Positions 24,450 through 36,880 of a stretch of DNA of 64,000 nt are shown here, piece after piece; positions within the stretch are counted from its first letter, which is position 1, and each line of letters begins with the position of its first letter. The stretch is from Eledone cirrhosa (Eukaryota). The notes under the pieces were generated by a model. The model was not told the origin of the DNA, did not search any database, and saw only the letters and a list, made by a program, of their open reading frames with translations. Location: contig OZ024763.1 of NCBI GenBank assembly GCA_964016885.1, forward strand, positions 9,982,001 through 10,046,000, in the 5' to 3' direction. The translations under genes and the position numbers were made by a program.

Positions 24450-25797
24450 ATTGAATGTAGGGGCCAAGAGGCAATTAAGGAGATGAAAAATGGTAAGGCA
24501 GCTGGACCGTCGGGGATAGTTGCTGAGATGCTGAAGGCATCAGGGGACGTAGGGACTAAACTGGTTGCACACATCGTCAATCAAGCTATATATGGTGGTG
24601 TCATACCCAAAGACTGGTGCAGCAGTATTCTCATAAATTGCTACAAAGGTAAAGGGGATGCTCTAGAGAGGAACAATTACAGGGGCATAAAGCGGATGGA
24701 TCAGGTTATGAAAGTGGTAGAAAGGATATTAGCGCATCTGATTAGAGAAAGGGTCAAATTAGATGAGATGCAGTTTGGTTTTGTGCCTGGGAAAAGTACA
24801 ACAGATGCCCTCTTCTTAGACAACTACAAGAGAGGTTCTTAGAAAAGAATAAGCCACTATACTTAGCTTTTGTTGACCTAGAGAAGGCCTTTGATAGGGT
24901 ACCCTGATCTGTCATCTGGTGGTCCCTAAGGAAGCTAGGTGTTGAGGAATGGCTTGTGAGGACAGTGCAAGCTTTGTACATGAGGAATTCCAGATACAAG
25001 TAGGAGTACATCACGGTTCGGTCCTCAGCTCGCTCTTGTTCATTATAGTCCTCCAAGCCATAACAGAGGAGTTTAAGACTGGTTGCCCATGGGAACTTCT
25101 CTATACTGACAATCTGGTTCTTATAGCAGAATCAGTAGAGGAGCTAGAGAATAAATTCTGGCTATGGAAACAGCAGTTGGAAGCAAGAGGATTGAGGGCG
25201 AACCTAGTTAAGACAAAAGTGTTGATAAGTAGAAAAGAGGACAAAACTCTGATTCCGTCAGGGAAATGGCCATGTTCGATATGTAGAAAAAGAACTGGCA
25301 TAAATTCTATAAAATGTACACAATGCAGATCTTGGTTACACAAGAGATGTAGTGGGATAGCCGCAAACTAACAGGTAGGGAAAAATATGTATGCAGTAGA
25401 TGTACAGGGAAATTTGACAGTAGAAGTTGCAGTGATAGACACATTTTTCAAATGCAGGTAGGATCTATAGAAGTGGTGGATAGCTTCCGGTACCTAGGAG
25501 ATCAGATTAGCATGGGAGACAGGTGTTCCGAGGCCATAGTATCTGGAATAAGGACGGGTTGGAAAAAGTTTAGGGAGCTGCTTCTTCTGCTGACAAAGAA
25601 GGGTTTCTCCCTGCATACAAAAGGCCGGTTATATGATGCCTGTGTGAGATGCGTGATGCTGCATGGTAGTGAGACATGGGCAGCAACTGCAGAGGATATG
25701 TGACGGCTGGAGAGAAATGAAGCAAGTATGCTCCGTTGGATGTGTAATATCAATGTACGTGAACAACCAAGCATGGATGAGTTGAGAGAGAAACTGT
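24450..25797 (+). mobile_element. RTE-clade LINE RT fragment (degraded)
   Basis: 'GKAAGPSGIVAEMLK', 'NYRGIK', 'QFGFVPGKST', 'FVDLEKAFD', 'LLYTDNL', Cys/His finger, 'MLHGSETW'. Confidence 0.88.
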
Positions 25798-26040
25798 GTA
25801 CATATATATATAACGAAGGAAGTGTGGTAAGGAACCAGGTGGACCATAACACACCAGAGTACTCAATACCTAGGGTAGTAGAGTGGGTAATAGGAAAATA
25901 TTCAAGACCCCGACGGCAGAATACATATATATATACATATACATATATATACACATATATATATATACATATATATATATATAATATATATATATAATAT
26001 ATATATATACATATATATATATAATATATATATACATATA

Positions 26041-27350
26041 CAGGGTGTGGACTATATTTGTTCACAATTTTCAACTGCTAATTTTATGCAAATTTTTTTT
26101 ACTTCCGTTGTCACTCTTGTCTTCATAAAAACAGTGACTATATTTCCATTATTTATTTTCAGAATAATTGATTATGAATAATTTCTAACCTCCAAATTTG
26201 TGGAAGAGACACGGAGTTCTTCTCGGAATCCGCACCGGGAGGACAAATAAGGAAATTTCAGACTTTCTCAGCGTCAGCAGGAGAATGGTGGAAAAGGTCA
26301 GAAAGGAATTGGAAGATTCAGAATTCGACTACGAAGCAACATCAGAGAGGAAAACACATGATGGACGATCTAACGCCTTCAGAACGCCTGAGTTCGTCGC
26401 TGAAGTTCAGGATATCATCAACAATGAACCTAGCAAGTCGATGCGTGCCATTGCAAGGGAGAAAGGCAGCGTGGATGAAAAGCTCATTAGGCTGGTGGTA
26501 CATGAAGACATTCGCTACGTTTCATACAAGATGAGGAAAGGACAATTTCTGTCAAAGGCGATGCAAGAAAAGCGACTGAAGCACACAAAGAAGCTGATCA
26601 ACAAGTTGAAACACCCACTGGAGCCAGACATGCTGTGGTTTTTCTCCGACGAGAAAAACTTCTGCCAAGACCAGAAGATCAACTCCCAGAACAACAGGTG
26701 GCTCGCTGTCTCATCCAAAGACGTGCCCAGAGTCATGCAGACAAAGTTTCCAGCGACAACATTGGTCTTAGGTGTCGTCAGCAGTCAAGGTGACATCGTG
26801 CCACCTCACTTCTTCCCTGAGGGCCTCAAGCTGAACACCGATGGCTACATCCGCGTTCTAAGCGAGGTAGTAAAGCCCTGGATCGACCAGGTAGCTGCAG
26901 GTAGGCCGTACGTGTGGCAGCAAGACTCAGCGCCCTGCTATACCAGCCGAAAGACCCAAGCCTGGCTGTCAGAGAACTTCGTCGACCACACTTCACCTGA
27001 CATCTGGCCTCCCAGCTCGCCTGACTGCAACCCCCTCGACTTCTTTGTGTGGGGTGCAGTGGAACGAGACACCAACAGATCTAGCTGCAATATGAAAGAC
27101 GATCTGAAGGCCAGGATCACAAGTGCCTTTAGGGGCCTAAGTTGGGGGACAGTGACGAAGGCCTGTAGCCGGTTCCGAGGCCGCCTTCAGGCCGTCATCA
27201 AAGCCAATGGCGGGTTTATCGAGTGAGATCGAAAGAACAAGTCATGAAGACAAACTGACCCAAGTTTGATAAATATATCTTAAAAAATAAAACTACTGTG
27301 TTATTTTTTCCTAGACAGTAGTCTTGCGAACAGATATCGTCCGCACCCTG
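26041..27350 (+). mobile_element. Tc1/mariner superfamily, DD37D (maT/Bmmar1-like) transposon, near full length
   Basis: 27-bp TIRs CAGGGTG(T/C)GGAC(T/G)ATAT(T/C)TGTTC(A/G)CAA with TA flanks. The transposase at 26198-27226 has FSDEK, QQDSAP and SPDCNPLD, with 37 residues between D2 and D3. Confidence 0.92.
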
Positions 27351-27735
27351 TATATATATATACACACATATATATATACACATATATATATATATATATA
27401 TATATAAGATAAGTTATTCCGGGTTGAATCGGAGGTAACTACAGTAAGTAAGGTACTCAATACATAGCAGAGTATAAAAGTTTTAATATAGAAGAGCTTC
27501 TACAGGACTAGAACTGTTTCATTCGTGAGAAATCATCAGAAGCTCTTGTATATTAAAACTTATATATATATATATATGGGATAACAAGTTATCGCTATAG
27601 GTAATCCGGTTAGAGGTTGTGAGTACTCTGTACTTTGGATAGTTTTAACGTACGGCGTTGTTTGACTCAACAAAAGGTTTCCTTAGTTAGATAGCGAGTG
27701 TGAGAGAATTTCCATGCAGGTTATTCTTGGAGTAA

Positions 27736-30021
27736 TAGTAGTGAAAGAGTGAAGAATAACATGGTCGGCTGTACAAAAAGGGTTTTATTTACAGTATTAA
27801 CAATTGTTTCATTGATCAGGTGAGTCTAAAGGCCGCTAATCACTCGAAATTGCACCACTCGACCTTAAATATAGTGTATGTCTCTGATCAAAACATCGGA
27901 ATACTGGAGGGTGTAACACATGTCATTTGTATTTATAGATACATCGGAGAATCAAGTGAATGAAAACAATAACATCAATAATAATAAAGAAGTTAAAATG
28001 ATAAAGATGTAAAACATAAGTACAGAATACGATTGTTGATAATAGTAGTAGTGGTGGTAGTTGAAGTTATAATGGTGAGTGGATGTGTAAAATAGTGATG
28101 ACGGTAAAGATAACAATAACATGAAAAGAAATATGAAATACTTGATATGTCGTATAAATGCAAGAGGTACAGTCAAATCTCAGAGGATTAAAATAAAAAA
28201 TAAAAAATAAGTAAGAGAGGAAGAGATAAGGGGAAGGAGTAGATAGATAGAGAATAAAAAGTGACAGGGGCAGTGATGATATATGGGTGATTAAGGACTG
28301 GCAGACTGATTGTTTTATCTTAATGGAGGTCATGCGAGAGAGAGGGGAAGAAATGTTGGGAGATTTATGATGTTGATTTAATGATTGGTTGGTCAGTTGA
28401 CAGCTAATAATAGTGGAGTGATGTGGAGGTAGTACATTAAAACCCGGGTGGTTCTGCTTGAATTCTGAGATTGCTGGAACGAATCATGTTGGTTTGAAGT
28501 TAGAGAACTTGGTAGCTGCTTTTTGCCTACAGAAAATTGATCTTTCTATTTTGTTGTTAAGCAACGGTTTTGGTATGTACATAGGCATTCTATAAAAAAC
28601 CGTAGACTGGAGAACTCAATGACGCTGGCCAATAAGATCTGGCAGCTTAAGGACGTCAACCAGGAATATGAGATTAGCTGGTCGAAGTTATCGAGTGCAA
28701 GGGCCTACAAGAATGGAATGTCCCACTGCGGACTTTGCAATATGGAGCTGCTCCATATTTTGAAGTATGATAAAATGCTACTTAACAACAAAATAGAAAG
28801 ATCAATTTTCTGTAGGCAAAAAGCAGCTACCAAGTTCTCTAACTTCAAACCAACATGATTCGTTCCAGCAATCTCAGAATTCAAGCAGAACCACCCTGGT
28901 TTTAATGTACTACCTCCACATCACTCCACTATTATTAGCTGTCAACTGACCAACCAATCATTAAATCAACATCATAAATCTCCCAACATTTCTTCCCCTC
29001 TCTCTCGCATCATCTCCATTAAGATAAAACAATCAGTCTGCCAGTCCTTAATCACCCATATATCATCACTGCCCCTTTCACTTTTTATTCTCTATCTATC
29101 TACTACTTCCATGTCCTTAGTCCTACCCCTTATGTTTCATCCTCGAATCCTTATCCTCACTCTCTGTTCCTGTCCCTTACCTCTTCCTCTCTTACTTCAT
29201 CATCATCATTTTACGTCCGCTTTTTCCCTGCTTGCAAGGGTGGGATGGGAACTGATTCTGGCTTGATTTCTACAGCTGGATGCCCTTCCTAACACCAACC
29301 TCATTTACAGTGAGTGCTGGGTGCTTTTTTTGCCGTGGCACCTCCACGACCACTTTGCAGTGGAATGATATGGACCCCAGTCCCTATCATCTCATTTTTA
29401 CAGCTGAGTAAACTGGAGCAATGTGAAATAAAGTGTCTTGCTCAAGGAAACAACACATCACCTGGTCTGAGAATTGAACTCACAACCTTTTGATTGCAAG
29501 GCCAATGCTCTAACCACTAAGCCATGTGCCTCCACACTTATTTTTTATTATTTTTTATTTTAATCCTCTGAGATTTGACTGTACCTCTTGTATTTATACG
29601 ACATATCAAGTATTTCATATTTCTTTTCATGTTATTGTTATCTTTACCGTCATCACTATTTTACACATCCACTCACCATTATAACTTCAACTACCACCAC
29701 TACTACTATTATCAACAATCGTATTCTGTACTTATGTTTTACATCTTTATCATTTTCATTCTAACTTCTTTATTATTATTGATGTTATTGTTTTCATTCA
29801 CTTGATTCTCCGATGTATCTATAAATACCAATGACATGTGTTACACCCTCCAGTATTCCGATGTTTTGATCAGAGACATACTCTGTATTTAAGGTCGAGT
29901 GGTGCAACTTCGAATGATTAGCGGCCTTCAGACTCCCCTGATCAATGAAACAATTGTTAATACTGTAAATAAAACCCTTTTTGTACAGCCGACCATGTTA
30001 TTCTTCACTCTTTCACTACTA
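27736..30021. mobile_element. Penelope-like element 3' end with inverted pseudo-LTRs
   Basis: Arm ~27736-28561 is the reverse complement of ~28781-30021 (the latter interrupted by a SINE). The spacer and start of the right arm encode a Penelope endonuclease C-terminus 'TLANKIWQLKD...YKNGMSHCGLCNME...LLN'. Confidence 0.8.
29851..29965 (+). ncRNA. Atypical hammerhead-like motif in the pseudo-LTR (mirror copy 27792-27906, minus)
   Basis: Stem I CAGTATT/AATACTG, core CCGATGT, stem II TTGATCAG/CTGATCAA around a ~64-nt insert, then GAAAC-AATT-GT-T. Confidence 0.5.
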
Positions 30022-30284
30022 TATATATATAGGATTTTCACCCCGAAACTGGATACCAACCCAGAGTACACCTGAACTTCCACCAGGAAATCTTCGTATC
30101 ATTGAAATTTCCTTTGCTTCTTGCATTTAAATATTCCACAACTCTCTACCACTTTTCCTCTACTACAATCTTCTTACACCACCTTCTTCTTCTCACCCGT
30201 CTATTTTTCACTCCCACCCTAGTACCTTCAATATGCCCAATTCCAACCCGCCCGTCCCCTCAATCTATCTTATTTCTCATTCTT

Positions 30285-30320
30285 TCTTCTGATGAAGGGC
30301 TAGCGTCCGAAACGTTAAGA
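30285..30320 (+). ncRNA. Minimal type I hammerhead ribozyme motif (Penelope type)
   Basis: TCTT-CTGATGA-A-GGGC(TAGC)GTCC-GAA-ACGT-T-AAGA: stem I TCTT/AAGA, stem II GGGC/GTCC, palindromic stem III. Confidence 0.7.
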
Positions 30321-31584
30321 CCCTCTTCCGGCTATATCAAGCGTTAACCTAATATATCCCTTCCATATACTGTACCAATTGTGTTGTTATTTCTGTTTAC
30401 CTTTTACATATATATATAGATATATATTTGTTTCATTTTATAGAATGAAACAACTCTAGTGCTTATATAATAAAATGAATATGCCTAACCCTACTAACGT
30501 ATTGAGTACCTTTTTTAACAGTAGTCACCTCCTAATTTACATTGGGATTCTCTATATATATTATAAAAAGGAAGAGAGACTGTTTTACATAAACATCCTC
30601 TGTTTATTATATAATGAGATTTGCACCTAGTTGCATATAATGAGATTTGCACCTAGTTGCATATAATGAGATTTGCACCTAGAAAGTTCCTCTCTAAGCC
30701 ATAAGTCCGGGCAAGGTTGTTTGTGGAAGACCAACAGTCTCCCAGGTATACCAACTTCTTCTCTCCATGCCACAGATGTTGTCAAAGGGAAAGACAATGG
30801 TTGATACAGCTTGGCACCAGTGACATTACAACTGATTTCTACAATTGAGTACACTGGTGCAATGTGAAATAAAGTGTCTTGCTCAAGGACACAACGCATC
30901 ACCTGGTCTGAGAATCAAACTCACAACCTTCCAATTGCAATTCTAACGTTCTAACCACTAAACCATGCACCTATAGCGAGCATATATCATCATCATTTAA
31001 CGTCCATCTTCTACGCTAGCATGGGCTGGATGTGTTTGTCCCACTTGAGGTAAGATTGCCCAGGAGACCGTATCTCGCTCATACAGAACTGTTTCTGGCA
31101 GGTTTTCTACATCAGTAAACAAAATTGAGACATTTGATCCCATTATATTATTACATAAGCAAGTGTTCAAAAAGAAAGAAGAAAAATAAAAATAAGGTGC
31201 GTAAATTTAAACATTGTGGAGGAGGTATGTTATGCAGTGAAAATTGTTAGAGAGAGTAGAAAAGGCAGAACTTATGATTTGGCAGAAAGACAAGTCACTA
31301 TTTAAACTCAGAAGAAGGAAAATAAGTAGGCATTTTCTGTTTAAATTCCAACTACATATTGATTCTTAAAACATTATCAATATAAATATAGGATAACTAA
31401 TACTTAGTCACCCTATTTACACCAGTGCTCATGTTTTAAAGTATCCTGTCAATTAGATGTCTGTGGTACAGTTACGTGACAACACACCATTAACCCAGCC
31501 AGTGTTTATATCAGTTTGTACGGTGGATTGGGGTTTTTATTTAAGTTCACACATCGACAAAGCAAAGGATAGGCTGTGTTAACC

Positions 31585-32150
31585 AGTGATAGAAGGGGGG
31601 TGAATTAAGTGCAAGAATTGTGGGATCTGGTGCAGTGTTGTGCCAGTTTCAGCATTCAGTAATCAGATGGAAGGTAGGTGTAAACGCCAAATGTGCTCTC
31701 TTCAATTCGATATTCATGCCAACCCTTACCTATGATCATGAATTTTGGGTAATGACTCAAAGGATACAATGGCTAAAATGGGGTTCAGCCAAAGGATCTT
31801 TGGAGTAATGTTACTCAATAGAGTGTGTAGCTTGGAGATCAAAGAGTCACTCTAGGTAGAGCTGCTACTTCTCTGAATTGAGAGATCACAGCTCCAATAT
31901 TATGAGCAGTTGGTTAGAATGTCTCAGGAAAGAATTGCTGGACAGATTTTATGGGCAAAACTAACAGGTAGGAGATGTAGGAGTAGACCTTGAGCAAGAT
32001 AGTTGGATAATATCCATGAGCTTGGCTGGTCTTGCTTGGGGATCCAGCTGAATCAATTGAAGAGGGCTGCTTCTGACGGGACCCGCTGGAAGGAGTGTTG
32101 AAAACTCTTCCCCCACAACTCTCTCAGGAATAAGGGAATGAAGAAGAAGA
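31585..32150 (+). mobile_element. RTE-like LINE 3' fragment, same family as 19697-21311
   Basis: 'FNSIFMPTLTYDHEFWVMT' and a (GAA)n tail near 32140. Confidence 0.7.
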
Positions 32151-33500
32151 AAAGGTTATCCTGAATATTTTCATTGTAACCTGATCTAACCAATGCCTCA
32201 TTGTAATATTGTTCAATCTGGTCAAAATTATACTATTAGAAGATAGTCTAGAGATCCTACTTGATACGTGATCACCTAGGGTGATTGAAGAGATTATTGA
32301 CATAGAAAAGCTGTTCACTAAGTTTATAAAAAGGTTTATAAAGCCCAGTATTTAGTTCAAAAGTGATGTCTAGGAAATTTACTACTTTGTAATTGATATC
32401 TATATTTATATAGTGTTTCTTTGTTCTTTCTAGGTTTCTATTATTACTATCAAGTGTGAAGCAGGCATCATCATGATATAAGCCTCCATTAATGAAAGGG
32501 AAGATGTCTTTTAGTTTACTTAGTAAGAATAAACTTATTAGGTCAGTAACCTGAGCCATATCAAAGTTATCAGGGCAGATTTTCCTGGTTCAGAGGTTCC
32601 CATCAAATTCAATTATAGTCTTCCTTGCAGCTAGGATGATGTCAATTTCAGCATTAGTTAAATTACTTAATCTTTTTGCCATAATTAAAGCTCTGTTCAG
32701 AAGGTTAGGGAGATAGAAGAGTAATAATTGTCTATGTCAAACTGTATAAAGCTCATTTCTCTTTTGTCTTCTAGTTTAGTGGACCAATTTATTACCTCGT
32801 TGGTGTTGTCCTATAAATTCAAGGTTATTTTTTGTTTTATGGTAGGTATTATCCTATCTAGTATCTCTTTGCTAATTTTCCCTACAACTGCCGTAGAGGG
32901 TCATATAAGTCTGAATGGTTTATTATTAAAGTCTACTTTATGGTTTTTTAAAGTAAATCTGAGAGTTGTAGGTATATTAGCTTCCGTATATTTTTCAAAG
33001 TCTAACCTATTAACTATATTCCTCCTCTCATTGTTTATGTCCCTTAGGTTTTTAGGCACAGTTTTTGTTTAATTCTTTATAAATTAAAGATTTGTAGGCA
33101 TGGAAATATTCACTATAAATATTTTGTCATCTAAAACTAGTAATTTTTTTGGTTTTCTGAAATTCCTTATAGTTGAGTTCAAATCATTTAAGAAAAAGTT
33201 CATATATAGAAATGTTTTTTTGAATTTAATGTTCCTGATCATGTTGATGAAGTCCTCAAAACTATCAAATAAAACATTGTGTGGAGGGCTTTGGTAAGTT
33301 TTGAATCCCTATGTCTTTGAAGGTGGTTTGTTGGCTTGCTATTTCTTTTCAATGTTCCAGTTGTAATGAAAGGTATGCCATCTGATTCTTCTGATAAAGG
33401 GTTTACACTATTTATCAGCAGTTTATAGTATGTATTGTCTGGTATGGGTATATTCTTGAGGGACATTGGTAAGTGGTCCTTGGTTAGCATCTTGGTTAAG
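32150..33500 (-). mobile_element. Penelope-like RT fragment (degraded)
   Basis: 'SLKNIPIP', 'GGLYHDDA', 'VNFLDITFELNTGLYKPFYK' and 'NHP' are typical of PLE reverse transcriptases. Confidence 0.75.
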
Positions 33501-33770
33501 GGATTTACTGCTCAACAGAAGGAGCAGCTTAGTATAACAGTTGAAAGTGGATATATCCACTCATATTTTAACAAGGCACATTGAAGCTTAATGTGTTATT
33601 CACATCAAATCTTGCAAGTCACAATATTTAGGGTGTAATCCATGGGGTATGGTGCTGGGAGTTAATAACAGTGAAATCACAGAGCATAGATATTCATTTT
33701 GCTAGCAGGGAAAGTGGACGTTAAAACAACAATGATATATATATATCATCATCATCATTTTATATATATA

Positions 33771-34668
33771 CTAGCATTAAAGCCCGGCGTTGCTCGGGCT
33801 CAGTAAGTTACACCACCCATTTTATGGCAGCACTTTTTTGTCTGCCAGGCACTGGGTGAATGAATTGCAGACATGGACTGCCGAAGCAGGAGCTGCGCCA
33901 GCAGTGACAATTGTAGTTTCGCCTATGGTTCTTATCTCTGTGGAAAGAAGTGTTGAAATGTATTGTTTCACAGTACTTGCGCAACACGCGCGTAGACGAT
34001 GCCAGCCGAACAACAGAGCTGCGATGGAGTTGTTCTGCATGGTTGTCTAATCTGTGTTTTCTAAATTTAAGACAGTAGGGAGGGGTGTGATATGGGGGAG
34101 AGTTAGCTGCTGTTTCTAGGAGGTTTAGTGACCTCAGAGGATATTATTGTGTATAGTAAATAAACTGATACTTCTTTCTTCCATGTTCGTTGAGAGATGT
34201 TTTAAAAAAGATTTATCGCTATTTTTTTTGATGTTGAATAAATTTATCCGTTGCTTTTGAATAATTGTTGTCATTGAAGTAAATAAATGTTTGACCGTTC
34301 CACACTCAAAAACAAACGTTCTCTCTCTCCATTTCTTTCTCCCGAGTTCCTAAAGGAAGTTTGTAAGGAGTGGTTTAAGCGTATATAAGAGAAAGTTGCA
34401 GCATGTATGTAGTTTTATCGAATTTTAAGGGGAGTAGAGAGAGGACATCAGATTGTATTAGAGGGATAAAGCATCATGTATTTAGTTTTATCGATTATTT
34501 CCGTAATTATGGGTGAGTTGAAAAAAATAAATAGTCGTTGACCTAAGTTAGACCATTTACAACATTCTTACAGACTTTGAGTCGAATCAGTTTGAAATTG
34601 TGCAAATGTATAAACATGGAACATGCACACACACACACACACACACACAACCATCTGCCTTTTATAGA
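33771..34668 (-). mobile_element. Non-autonomous Helitron
   Basis: Minus strand begins TC and ends with the GC hairpin AGCCCGAGCAACGCCGGGCT followed 6 nt later by CTAG; inserted between A and T; internal (CA)n. Confidence 0.65.
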
Positions 34669-35075
34669 TAATTGTTTCTACTTTTGGCACAAGGCCAGCA
34701 ATTACCCAGTGCATTACTGGTACTTTATTTTATCGACCCCGTAAGGATGAAAGACTAAGTTAATCTCGGCGGGATTTGAACTCAGTCCGTAAAGGGAGGT
34801 AACTATGCTGCAAAGCATAACGTACGACCCTCTACCGATACTGCCAATCCACTGCCTTTTATAGATAATGATATATGGTCAACCACAAGAGTGTGTCCCT
34901 TTGTTCATCTACATACATACTTCACATCATATATCTGTATAAATGTGTACACACACATACACATAATATATATATATGTACAGAGTCACAGTACACAAAT
35001 CTATTTCCAATAACCAATCAATATAGTTCAAGATATAAGCATTCCATGTTTTCACACTCCACTTTCTATTTTCAG

Positions 35076-35132
35076 ATTGTCCTCAGTCACAAACACATTC
35101 TTATCCTTGGTGGTTGTGGTGGACCAAATCAG
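35076..35132 (+). CDS. FBXO42: FBXO42 exon 6 (57 nt)
   Basis: Encodes 'IVLSHKHILILGGCGGPNQ'; ttttcag| acceptor and CAG|GTATTT donor. Confidence 0.9.
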
Positions 35133-36109
35133 GTATTTTTCTGTTATTTATTGTTATTTTGTTGTTATATGGTGTCAGATTGGCAGAATTGTTATAACAT
35201 TCGACTAAATGTTTAGTAGCATTTAGTTACGGCTCTTTATGTTCTGAGTTCAAATCCCACCAAGGTTAGCTTTGCCTTTCATCCTTATGGGGTTGGTAAA
35301 ATAAAGTACCAGTAACACAGTGGAGTCAATTTAATCGACTTTCCTCTCGCTCAAAAATGTTGGCTTTATGCATAAGTCAGAACCAGGATTGGCAGTATTG
35401 GTAGAGGGTCGGACACCATGCTTTGACATATAGAGTTACAGCCCTTGCCATTCTGAGTTCAAATCCCGTCGAGGTTAATTTTGCCTTTCATCCTTATGGG
35501 GTTGATAAAATAAAGTACCAGTAATGTACTGGGATAATTTCTGGCCTTGTGCCAAAAGTAGAAACAATTATTATATTGCATTGGCAAAAGGAAGGCAGTA
35601 GGAAGGCAGTATCATTAAAGCTTTGAACCAAATGTTATGTGGCATTTATTCTGGCTCTTTACATGCTGAGGTTAATTTTATGCTGTATCCTTTCAAGATC
35701 AATAAAATAAGGTAGCAGTGATGTACTGGGGCTAGTTTAATCAACTACGCCCATAAGCATATTACTCCTATCATTGTTGGAGGTGCAGATGTTCATAATT
35801 TTCTGACAAAAATGACTAATTTTAGAGAGTATATTGGGTGCATTTGTTGACACCAGCACAACCACTTTATAGTCTTGGTGAGGTATAGTCTATGAAGGCA
35901 GCATCACTAACATTTTATAAGGTGTGCTATGAATATATAAGGTCTGGAGAGGGACGGGCTCCGACAGGCTTAAAATGCTCAAGAAACGCTTACATACATG
36001 TATATATACATAAATATATATATACATAAATATATATATACATGTATTGATAGTGGTAGAAAAAGAAAAAGAAATTGTCAAGAGAAAGAGATATCATCAT
36101 CATCATCAT

Positions 36110-36880
36110 CATTTTACGTCCGCTTTTCCCTGCTTGCAAGGGTGGGACGGGTCCTATTCAGCACAGCATCTCTCCATTCGTCACGGTCCTTCGTCATCTC
36201 CGTGAGTTTCAGCAATCTGAGGTCAGCTCTCACCACCTCCGCCCATGTTTTTCATAGTCTACCTCTACCGTGTCTTCCTTCTACTGGGATTTCTTGGCAC
36301 CTCTTTATCCAGCGGTCATCCTCCATGCACATCACATGTCCATACCATCTCAGTTTTCTCTCCCGCACACCACAACTTATCCCTCTTATACCCAGTTTCT
36401 CTCTCAACTCATCTATGCTTGGTTGTTCACGCACATTGACATTGCAGATGCAACGGAGCATGCTTGCTTCATTTCTCTCCAGCCGTCGCATATCCTCCGC
36501 AGTTGCTGCCCATGTCTCACTACCATGCAGCATCGCGCATCTCACACAGGCATCATACAACCGGCTTTTCGTTCATCGGGAGGAACCCTTCTTTGTCAAC
36601 AGAGGAAACAGCTCCCTAAACTTCTTCCAACCCGTCCTTATTCTGGATACTATCGCCCCTGAACACTTTCCTCTCTTGCTAATCTAATCACCTAGGTAGC
36701 GGAAGCTATCAACCACCTCTATAGATCCTACCTGCATTTGAAAAATGTGTCTATCAATACGACTTCTACTGTCAAATTTCCCTGTACATCTACTGCATAT
36801 GTATTTCTCCCTACCTGTTAGTTTGCCTGCTATCCCACTACATGTCTTGTGTAACCAAGATCTGCATTGTGTACATTTTA
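36110..36880 (-). mobile_element. RTE LINE 3' fragment
   Basis: 'YDACVRCAMLHGSETWAAT...LRWYGHV...GRHGRGR'; ends in an (ATG)n tail. Confidence 0.88.
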
